Shown here piece after piece: positions 51,911 through 61,684 of a stretch of 64,000 nt of DNA. This DNA comes from Phaeosaccion multiseriatum (taxonomy: Eukaryota; Protista; Ochrophyta, other classes): positions 5,084,001-5,148,000 of the forward strand of contig OZ218950.1 in the NCBI GenBank assembly GCA_965112735.1, written 5' to 3'. Position numbers and translations under genes: made by a program. Within the stretch, counting starts at the first letter, position 1, and every line of letters begins with the position of its first letter. Under the pieces are notes generated by a model, which worked only from the letters and a program-made list of their open reading frames with translations, was not told the origin of the DNA and did not search any database.

Positions 51911-54821
51911 TGCTGCTGCCACCTCCCTCCTCGTCGTCCTCTGCACCGCTATCACCTCCATCCCCCTCCTTCGACTCGTCTGCACCAGTGCCACTTTCCT
52001 TCGCCCTCGCCCGCTTCGCCCGTTTTTTCGCGTCCGCCTGCTGCGCGCTCCATAAATTATACACGGTGGTCCACACCAGCTGATTGAAGCGGCGCTTGTG
52101 AGAATCAGAACGAGACTTGATGTCAAAGGCGTCTTTGACTGCGTCAAACATGCTTCGCGCTTCTTCAAGCGTCGGCTTGTCCTTCCAGAGCCCCTTTTCT
52201 TTCGCCGCGGATTCAATCGCACCCATCAAACAGCAAAATTTTGACATCCTTCGCTTCTCCGCCCTCCCCTGCACGTCTGCTGTCGTGAATTCTCGAAGGC
52301 GAGGAGTGCCTGTCATCCAAGCATCCCAAGCAGCGCGCACAGTGAAGCTAGGGACCTCAAAGTGCTCGGGAAGGGTATGCCACCGGCCGTTGTAGAGATA
52401 CAGAGGTGGCTGATCTGCACCTGCACAAGAAGAAGAAGAGGGCGGGGCGCTGCTCGAACCCTCACCAAGGCCCAGAGTGCCTGCCTGGTGAGCCGCGAGA
52501 AGGTCGCTGAGCCCACTCTTAGAAAAGGCTGCGTCGAGGGTCGTCTGCAGGGCCCTGCTCACACCCAGACTGGTGACAGTGCCAGAGGCCTGTGCATTCT
52601 CCTCCAGAACGTCACGGATCAGCGTCTCCAAGTCGACCTTGATCGTCTGGCCCAACACCTCAAGCTTGCCGCCTAGAGAGGCCACGCTGTCCGCCACGAC
52701 TTGGAATTGCCTCAGCTGCACGACGTGGGGAGGAATCCCGGTTGCAGAAATCTCGTCCGTCTCGTCCGGATACTTCAGCACGACATGCTCTGAAAGGTCC
52801 GCCAGCAACCTTTGATCTCGGAAGAGCTGTGTCGTGAAAAGAGGGTGATTCTCCTGAAGAGTGCTGCGCAGAAAGCCGGCGTGGTACACCACACTGGCAA
52901 GACAGAATTCAGCCACCTTCCTCAATCTCAGCGGCACGTCCCTGAAGCAGCTCACAATGGCTCCCGCGAGCACGTCTTCAATGCCCTCCTTCGCTGTGCC
53001 GTCCACCTTGAGGCGCTGAAAAAAGGGAGGAAGCAATGCAAACTCCTTCGCTGAGATGTTCGCGCCGGAGGCAGCCCGGCCCACATACTGATCTGCTGCA
53101 TTGATGGGGTTGAAGTAGATGCCCTGCACGCCGGGAAGAGACCATCCCATAAGTTGCACAGCAATTGGGTTGGGAGCAGCGGACGAGCCGCTTGTGACGT
53201 GCGAGGCAGCGCCCTTGCGCCCAGAATGAGTGCCGAGGTCCTCTGGAGTCAGCCCCATGCCTTCCAAAATGGACGAGTTCGCCGCCGCCGTACGTCTGAG
53301 GAAGCCGCAATACCTATCGTACTGATTGTTGCCAGCGAACAGCGCGTTCTTCTCAAAACCAAAGCTCAGGAGGTAAACACCAAGCGCGAGGACGGGGCAG
53401 ATCTCCGGCATGATTGGATTCGCGTAGACGTGGCGAGGATGTCGGGCCTTCTCTCCCAGCTGATCGCCCTTTTGCTTCCCAAAATAGACGCAGAGCGCGT
53501 CCCCCTTCCACTCGAGATGATCGAGACAAATCTCCACACAGTTGGTGGCGCGGCACATCAGATTCCAGGAGAGAACGAGGAAGGGGTGGCCAAAGGCGCC
53601 CTGTCTGTGCCCGTTCTCACAGACTGCCGAGCTCAGCATTGCTGCGATGTACACAAGCGAAGGAAACAGTGGCAACCAAAGACGGCGTCAGGGCTAGGAA
53701 GTGAGTGGGGGGCATTCAATGCATCAGCCACTTGTCTCCACCCACTCCACTAGTTTCCACTGTCCACTGACTCCACACAGCTGGGAATTTACCTTTGGCA
53801 AGAGCGCGGTAGAGAGCGAACGGCATGGGAGCCTTCCTTCTCTGACTTCGACATTTCCCTCCTGCTTCTCTCCTGCGATCGTCCTCTTCAGCCCCTTGGT
53901 GAGCGTCGCAAGGTCGCTTTGCAATTTGCGGTGCTGTTCCTCCTGATGGTAGTCTCTGTACAGATTGAAGAGTGCAGAGCGTTTCGACTGTGCACCGGCC
54001 TTGGATAAGCCCTTCGGCCCCTTCTTGACTTCAAGCAGCCACCCGAAGAACGCGTCGGCTGTCAGCAGATGGAACAGCAAAGGGTGCGGCGCCCGAGGTG
54101 CTTGGATCAAGTGTGCCTTCACCCGCTTCGTCCACTGCGCCTCAGCCTTCTTCTTGGCCTTTGCTTGGGCTTTCGCTGCTCTCGACACCTCAGCCGGCGT
54201 CTGCTGTGCCGCTGCAGTGGCACCACCCGCTCCGCCAGGTGCGGCGGCTGCTGCGGCTGCTGCTGCTCTCCTCTGTGCTTCCTCCTCTTCCCCATCTTCC
54301 CCGTCTTCCTCCTCTTCCCCTTCCGGTGGAGCAAATGCTGTCCTGAAGTCAGGGTCCAGAAGCTCCGGGTGCTTGCGGAAGAGGTATCGGATCAGCATGG
54401 TGGAGGCGCATGCATATCCACTTCTCGAGCGTGGGGCGATGGTGTTGTTTCGGAGGTTCTGAATCTGCTGCTGCTCTGCAGTAAGCGGTGCTTCTTCCCC
54501 CTCTGCTGCTGGTGCTTCCGGAACCGTAGCAACAGCGACGTCAGCCATGGTATGCTCTGTTCTCCTGCAAATTCACGTGGGAGATGCCCCTCCCACCACT
54601 GGCATCAGCTGTTACAGCCGGGTATCGTCCGCGCAGCCGCTGCTCCTCTTACATAGCTGCCCTGTGCAAATATGCTGATGCTGTGAATGAATAAAAATCC
54701 ATGTGGGGAGGGGGGGGAGAATGCCCCACAACCAAAAAATATTGGATAAAAAACTTGAAAAACGAGCATTTGTGGCCCATAAAATATCCAAAACCATAAT
54801 TTCGTGGGGCAGGTGCCCCAC
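51263..54821 (-). mobile_element. Crypton-type (tyrosine recombinase) DNA transposon, ~3.56 kb
   Basis: Encodes a YR. AT-richer subterminal regions contrast with host exons. Both ends carry GTGGGGC-N4/5-GCCCCAC palindromes (51263-51281 and 54804-54821). Boundaries are inferred. Confidence 0.82.
51492..54548 (-). CDS. Crypton tyrosine recombinase with C-terminal PHD-like finger; one intron (53642-53792) and an apparent frameshift near 53835
   Basis: YR motifs: LVLSWNLMCRATN (R), KQKGDQ (K), PRHVYANPIMPEICPVLALGVY, LGTHSGRKGAAS (HxxR) and GWSLPGVQGIY (W, Y), then DQYVGR and FALLPPFF. The C-terminus CSYGC-x10-CPSERAC-x4-HHMC-x18-CKPC is a C4HC3 pattern. Confidence 0.85.
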
Positions 54822-55098
54822 ATCACGGTACTATTAGACATACGGACTACAGAGAACTGTTTTTTTTCTTGGAAAGAAAGCTTACGTAAGGACCTTCTCT
54901 TAAACGGATATACGGCCCCAATGGATTCCGCTAAAGGATTAGGGGACTTAGATTGAGGTCGTGTATGTAGGAGAGGCTATCCTTCCCCCCTCATCTCCCT
55001 TTGACTTGGACACTTCCAGCAGAGAGGTGGGAATCGGAAAGGGCAGGAAGCCGAATGTAAAAGGGACTGCGTTGAAGCGATAGAATCTTCAATACGAG

Positions 55099-55713
55099 AT
55101 GTTAGAGGAGATTGTGCGGCTGTTGGCCAAGCCAAGGCTTAGGAGAAGGCCACCATACAAGATGCAGCGCCATGGCGTTAAGAGAGAGCACACCCCGCCC
55201 CACACGCCGTTTGAAGAGGAGCCGGCGCTGCGGCTTGAAGGGCCTTCCCACACGCCAGGCACGGTCATTTTCATCCCGCTCAAGTCAGAGCCCCAGCGCT
55301 GCCTCACGCAAGACCGCCCGACAGAGAGTGGCGTCCAGTCGAGCTGCCCCTTAGCAATGCTCGTGAGAGACCTGGAGGAGGAAAAGCAGGAGGAGTGGAG
55401 TGGGGTTGGGCCCCACTCTTACTCCTCGGACTTGGCGTCACATCCGATCTGGATCCCACCCCCCCGTGAGTGTGGAGATGATGATGATGACTGCGCAGTA
55501 GAGTACGACGATTCAAAAGATGTTTTTGTTGGCAGCCAGGACAGCCATTCAAGCGAGCACTTTGACAAATGGGAATCTGCCGTGATTAGGGGTCGCGCGC
55601 TGTCCACACCTAACCCAGGTATGGAGGGAATGGAGGACTCGGATCATGGCCTGGCAGCGGGTACACCGCCGCTTAGGCGGGAGTCTTCCCAGCTCTTTGA
55701 GATGGACATGTGA
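55099..55713 (+). CDS. Hypothetical intronless protein, 204 aa
   Basis: ATG-initiated, non-repetitive ORF flanked by AT-richer sequence, ending LRRESSQLFEMDM*. No family recognised. Confidence 0.5.
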   Translation: MLEEIVRLLAKPRLRRRPPYKMQRHGVKREHTPPHTPFEEEPALRLEGPSHTPGTVIFIPLKSEPQRCLTQDRPTESGVQSSCPLAMLVRDLEEEKQEEWSGVGPHSYSSDLASHPIWIPPPRECGDDDDDCAVEYDDSKDVFVGSQDSHSSEHFDKWESAVIRGRALSTPNPGMEGMEDSDHGLAAGTPPLRRESSQLFEMDM

Positions 55714-56319
55714 GGAGCCTCATGGTTTTGTGGTGAAATGGGCCGCTTATATGGGAGGCCGAGGAAACATCAAGATGAGGGAAAGGGACGGTTTCTTTTT
55801 TATCTGCCAAGCACGGCGCATCGTAAGTGATGCGGCGCCTTGTGCTCAACGGTTTATCACACACCCGTCCGTCACGTGGACGGAAAAAAACCTATACTTA
55901 GAATATTATATATACGTCCGAGAGAGGATGATAGAGACGATTATATAGACGATATATGTAAGACAAATATATGATTAGACTTAACGTACTTCTCGTAAAA
56001 CCTCCCCCCCCCCCCACACACACCTTCTTTGAACTACTGTAGGAAGGATGGGGGGGCTAAGTGCGATTGCGCGGCTGTCCTCATCTCCTCCCTCTCTGCA
56101 GTGCTCTTCCTTCCACCCCCTTGCCGCAAGAACCACACGGGGCGTGTACTGTCATTTCGGCGGCTGGGGCAGCCCCCCCCTCCCCTTCGCACTGTATAAG
56201 AGAAGTGCTGGACAACGCGGGGGGGCCTCTCTCATGCACCTCTTCTGAAAACCAAAACCATGGGTCATCTCCTGCGCTCTTCCTTCCGCCCCCGTACCGC
56301 AAGAAAGCAGCAACCGAAA

Positions 56320-57111
56320 TCACGTTTCTTCCTCTGGAAGTGGCTTGAATGCGCTTTCGTGCAGCTTGAAACCGTACACACGCGGAGTGTACAGCCCTTT
56401 CCGTGGCTGAGGCACCCCTCCCTTCTCGTACTGCATGAAGAAGAGGGGGTTGAACGTCGTGCCAAAGAAGGCGGCGTCTATGGCATCCTCCGCGCCTCCT
56501 CCTCCAGCTTCCCCTTGCAGAGAGTCTGGCGAAGAGTCCCTTCTCGCCCGACCGCTGCTATTACTACTACTGCTAATGCCACTGCTGCTCCCGCTGCCGC
56601 TGCTGCTACCGCTGCTGCTGCTCGTGACGTTATAGACCTCCCTGCAGCAGGAACAAAAGAGCTTCACAGTGTTGACCCCAAGCTCGTCGGCCAGTCCAAG
56701 AGGCAGCACAGGGTGGCCGGCACACAGACTCCTTGGACACCTCCCAAAGTCCGCCCGGCGGTACTTGCGCCGCATTGCCTCCATCCCACGCGTGCTGCAA
56801 ATAAACCTCGCGTGAATGAGTCCGTAGAGCGAGAGGGCGTCCTTGCTGGGAAGAGGGTCGCAAATCTGCTCCCTCGCCAGCAACTCGTCCAAGCTCGCCT
56901 GGAAATTGCCCGGTAACACTGGCTTCAAGCCATACAGGTTAAAATTGTCGCTTATGTAGCTCCTGTCGATGTGGCAAAGCAACCCTGGGATGCTGTACTC
57001 AGGAGCTGGAGACGAAAGCGAGCCCCCCCCCCGTCTGTCCTGAAAGCGCCGCTTGCCTCCTCCGCTACCGCCAGCCATGCTTCGCAACACCCTTGGCAAG
57101 GTCCTTCTCAT
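56320..57111 (-). CDS. CKB: Casein kinase II regulatory (beta) subunit-like, intronless ORF
   Basis: Motifs IDRSYISDNFNLYGL, LYGLIHARFI, FGRCPRSLCAGHPVLPLGL...VKLFCSCCREVY (Zn ribbon), IDAAFFGTTF and YTPRVYGFKLH. Confidence 0.9.
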   Translation of the reverse strand: MRRTLPRVLRSMAGGSGGGKRRFQDRRGGGSLSSPAPEYSIPGLLCHIDRSYISDNFNLYGLKPVLPGNFQASLDELLAREQICDPLPSKDALSLYGLIHARFICSTRGMEAMRRKYRRADFGRCPRSLCAGHPVLPLGLADELGVNTVKLFCSCCREVYNVTSSSSGSSSGSGSSSGISSSSNSSGRARRDSSPDSLQGEAGGGGAEDAIDAAFFGTTFNPLFFMQYEKGGVPQPRKGLYTPRVYGFKLHESAFKPLPEEET

Positions 57112-57612
57112 TCAGCGCCTTCTCGTTCCTCTTTTCTCCCTCTCTCCCCTAGCCGCAAGCAAGACCAAGGGAGGAGGTATGTCTGTTTTTCCAATCCTTG
57201 ATGGACCAGCCCCTTCTCCACCACTCCTCCTACACCCTTCCCCCTTCCAAGCCCTTTATGTCCCACCTCTTCCTCTTCCGAACCTTCTCACCACTAGAAA
57301 GGAATTTCTCCTCTTTCTCCTCTTCCTCCGGGGCGCCACTACCTTAAGGCCTTGGCTTTTCTTATAGTTCAAGGTCAAATCTGCAAGGAGCAGCCGATAC
57401 TGCTCCCCCCTGCCCCTCTCTCCTTCCTCCGCAGGCACTACAGGAAAGAAGAAAAATAGTAAACGAGGCGGTTTCCGCGCCTGGATGATGGAGGTGAAAA
57501 ATGAAAAACGCCACCTCCACCTCGAGGCAGAACTGCGAACAAAAGGAAAAAAGGGGAAAGGAAGTGTATTGAGCTTTCATCAGGGCTGGCCCTCAGGGGC
57601 ATTGCCGCCAAC

Positions 57613-59546
57613 ATGTTCCAGAGCGCCTTACTTGGATGTATATGCGTGTCTCCTCGCTCCCGGGATCGCGAATCGCGCCGGAGCTGGGAAAACACCCCTT
57701 CTGTCCAATCGGAACCGGTGTATTATAATAGTCAAGAAGGAGACATTGACGTCTCTTCGTTGGAGCTCGAGGCTCCTGAGGTGGGGAATACTCTGCTTGG
57801 AGAAGTACACGACGGCGCTGTCTGCTATGAATCAGGTAAGAATACCCGTTGCTATTAAAGTCCAGAACTGACTCCCCCTGTTGCTCTGTATAACCAATGA
57901 CGTGCTGCCCCCTCGCATGTTGTGTTGATGTCTAGACTTGGACGAGCCCATGTCGAGCTTGGAGTCTTTGCATGCAAGTGCGAGGAGGAAACGCCGCAGC
58001 TCGAGAGGAGGCAGTATCAGTAGCTGTAAAAGTAGTGTGACAGGGGCGACGGAGAGAAAACACAGTTTCACTGACACGGAGCGGGCAGAGGGCCTGGTGC
58101 CCAGGGATAGGAAACGAAGCGGTAGTGGCTCGGTGAGTGGAGCATCAACCGCAGCTGCAGTAGTACGGGAGAGGAAAGGCAGTAACAGCAGCAACCACAG
58201 GGGGGAAAGATACAGAGGATCGCACAGAGAGAGTTTCTCCAGCACAATAGAGAACACGGGGAACGCAGTCATGGATAGCATCTTGACAAACGTTGCTCAT
58301 GTTGCTAGTATAACCGCCACGGCTGCCACGGCGGTGGCAACGGCGGCCACGGAGGCAGCAACGGCGGCCACGGAGGCGAGCCTGACGCACCGTCGACAGT
58401 CCGAGCCGGCAGAGGACACACTAAGCAGTGCGACGTGGAGCATGAGCAGCTGCAGCACGCGGAGTGTGGAAAATTTGGAAAATGAAGAGCTGGAGATGCC
58501 TGTGGCCATGGTGGGCAAGGACATGCTTCTGCCGCCCATGCCAAGGCGCTTCTTGGTGTCGGAGGGAGGAGACCTGGCCAAGGCCGTGGAGAGATACAAA
58601 AAGACGCTCAAGTGGCGGGAGCAGAGAAAATTGGGTGGGTCGTTGTTCGTTGAGGTACTCATGTTGCGTGCGTGTGTATGTGTGTGTGTGTGCGCGCGCG
58701 CGTGCGTCTCAACTCACGCATCCCCTTTGCTACCTGTACGTCCTGCTGTAGACGACGTGCTGGACCGGCCACACCCTTTGTTCCACCTGTGTAAAGAGCA
58801 CTATCCGCAGTGGTACCACCTGGCCGACAAGCACGGAGGCACGGTGTATATTGAAAAGCCTGGCCGGATCGGCTGGGCTGCGCTCAAACAAGGTGCGTGC
58901 TATACATGGAGGCACTTCACCAGAGCCGAGTGTGTCTCATTTGCTAATTTTTACATGGTCCATCTCAGGAGGGACGGACAGAGAGGGCTTGCTAGCGCAC
59001 TACCTCTATCAGATGGAGTTCATCTGGCAGCGGTGGCACACCCTGCAGCGCGACGCGCTGACCATCATCCTCGACCTCGAGGGCCTGAAAGGGGCGCTCT
59101 CCGTTCGAGGAGACGTGCTGTGGCTGCTCAAGGAGACCATTCGGACCATGGGCACGTACTACCCTGGCCGGGCGAGGAAGGTGAGAGCCGGTGGTGGGTA
59201 TGTTTCTCTTGCAACGTTGCCATTGCGGGGTATCAGTATTCACCAATGCGCACCGCCCGCTGTCTACCGATCCTGCGATCCTGCCCTGTCCCCACAGCTG
59301 TTCATTGTGAACCCGCCTTCGTCGTTCAGCACCATATATGGCGTCATCAAGTCGCTGCTGCGGGAGAGGGCGCGGAATCGCCTCAGCGTGCTGGGCCCCG
59401 ACCTCATGAAGGAGGCGTTGCTGGAGGAGATCGACGCCGAGAACTTGCCCCCCTGCTACGGGGGGACGTGCACCTTGCCGCTGGGGCAGGCCCCTGTAGA
59501 GCTGGCGCTGAGGAAGCACGTGGAGGCGGGCTTGCCGACGACCTGA
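57613..59546 (+). CDS. CRAL-TRIO/Sec14 lipid-binding domain protein, multi-exon
   Basis: Motifs RRFLVSEGGDLAKAVERYKKTLKWR, HLADKHGGTVYIEKPGRI, TIILDLEGL, YYPGRARK|LFIVNPPSSFSTIYGVIK and IDAENLPPCYGG. Confidence 0.88.
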
Positions 59547-60321
59547 AGACAGCAGAAGTGAAGCCTCTGGAACGTCTGGCTGGTGACGCAAGCCTTTCGC
59601 CTACGTCTGCCGAAGAAGACGCCTCCAGCACACCACAAGACAACATGACTGAAATTCAGTCGAGCACATAGTAAGATAAGAGGAACGGGTCGACCCCAGG
59701 TGCTGTCTCATCCTGATACGGTGCCAAGCTCATGTACATGCAACACTTTCATAACTATTTTTTTTTTTTTTTTTAAATCAGACGGAACAGTGGGTGGGTG
59801 TGTGTGTGTGTGGGGGGGGGGGGGGGCTGTATCAGGGCCCACTAGTCGACCCCTGACGTGCCGAGCGATTCTCGGTAGCACGCTACTGGCGACCGGCCGG
59901 TAGCAGGTAGCACGTCAGCTGACGCCCCCCCCGCAGGTAGCAGCTAGCTCATGCCGGCGGTGGGAGCTGATGGTTGGCCTGCCGGCCGGTCGGCCGGTAG
60001 CAGCTAGGTCACGCTAGCGGTGGGAGCTTGGTCATGACGTGGCCCTTGGTGGTGGAGGAGCCAGTGCGGTCCTTGCAGGAGACGACGACGTGCTTGGCGA
60101 GGGCGTGCAGGACCGTGCAGGAGTGTGACTGCGCCTGTGCGCCGAGTCGTCCGTGAGTCTCGTCTCGATGGCCAAGGTCGTCCTGGCTAGCCATATTCAA
60201 TAATCAGATATCCAAGTCCAAAGCCGACTGCAGTCCTCTGCAAAACGGCCTTGAATGCGCAGTATACCAGCACATTACGAGCGAGAGCTGGGGTATTGAC
60301 TGGCTGGTGGTGATTTATGTG

Positions 60322-61525
60322 TCGGCTCCAGACTGGCCTAGAAGCCTAGGCCTAGAGACGAAATTCGGCCGGCCTGGGGGGGCCGCAGGCCCCCGGCCTA
60401 GGCCCAGAGGGGGCCGCAGGTCCCCGGCCTAGGCCTTTTTTGGCGCAGCCCCCCCGGCCTAGGCCTATCGACCCTGGACAAGATTACGGTGTGCGCCGGC
60501 CGTAACCAGAATCAGATGATCTTGTCCAGGGTCGACTCCCTCCCTCCCTCCCTCCCTCCCTCCCTCCCTCCCTCCCTCCCTCCCTCCCTCCCTCCCTCCC
60601 TCCCTCCCTCCCTCCCTCCCTCCCTCCCTCCCTCCCTCCCTCCCTCCCTCCCTCCTTCCCTCCCTCCCTCCCTCCCTCCCTCCCTCCCTCCCTCCCTCCC
60701 TCCCTCCCTCCCTCCCTCCCTCCCTCCCTCCCTCCCTCCCTCCCTCCCTCCCTCCCTCCCTCCCTCCCTCCCTCCCTCCCTCCCTCCGTCCCTCCCTCCC
60801 TCCCTCCCTCCCTCCCTCCCTCCCTCCCTCCCTCCGTCCCTCCCTCCCTCCCTCCCTCCCTCCCTCCCTCCCTCCCTCCCTCCCTCCGTCCCTCCCTCCC
60901 TCCGTCCCTCCGTCCCTCCCTCCCTCCGTCCCTCCCTCCCTCCGTCCCTCCCTCCCTCCCTCCCTCCCTCCCTCCCTCCCTCCCTCCCTCCCTCCCTCCC
61001 TCCCTCCCTCCCTCCCTCCCTCCCTCCCTCCCTCCCTCCCTCCCTCCCTCCCTCCCTCCCTCCCTCCCTCCCTCCCTCCCTCCCTCCCTCCCTCCCTCCC
61101 TCTCTCCCTCCCTCCCTCCCTCCCTCCCTCCCTCCCTCCTTTCCTCCCTCCCTCCCTCCCTCCCTTCCTCCCTCCCTCCCTCCCTCCCTCCTTCCCTCCT
61201 TCCCTCCCTCCCTCCCTCCCTCCCTTCGACCCTGGACAAGATTACGGTGTGCGCCGGCCGTAATCAGTAATCAGCCCCCGGCTGGCGCATAATCAGTACT
61301 CAGGCCGGCTGGCGCCGGTCATAATCAGTAATCAGGCCGGCTGCGCCGGCCGTAATTACTAATCAGACAGGTCGAGGTCTAGGCCTAGAACCGCCGGCCT
61401 AGGGAGAAAAAATGGCCGGCCTAGAGCGGCCAACGGCCGCCGGCCTAGGCCTAGAGCGGGCGTAGGCCGCTCGGCCTAGGGCCTAGAGCATTAAAGCATA
61501 GGCTTCTAGGCCAGTCTGGAGCCGA
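60322..61525. mobile_element. Non-autonomous TIR element (MITE-like), 1204 bp, 27-bp perfect TIRs, 6-bp TSD TATGTG
   Basis: tcggctccagactggcctagaagccta (60322-60348) is the exact reverse complement of 61499-61525. TATGTG lies at 60316-60321 and 61526-61531. No coding capacity. Confidence 0.9.
60536..61224. repeat. (CCCT)n tetranucleotide array, ~690 bp, inside the TIR element
   Basis: Read directly; occasional CCGT/CCTT variants. Confidence 0.97.
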
Positions 61526-61684
61526 TATGTGGGTGGGGTGAGGTCGTATGTGTTGACGAAACTGAAACTGAAACTGTTTCTGGCGATGGCCTTCGACCTC
61601 TCTTCACGCCCCTGTCTGTACGACCTCTACCTCTACCTCCCTCACACCCTAACCCTTCTCCGTATAGGTCGAGAACTCGTAAGG

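Noticed and set aside
57938-59671. 577-aa continuous ORF
   Set aside because: It reads through introns and changes to a non-conserved frame. The CRAL-TRIO motifs require splicing.
60484-61292. ORFs of (GGRE)n / (PSLP)n
   Set aside because: These are translations of the (CCCT)n array with no coding signal.
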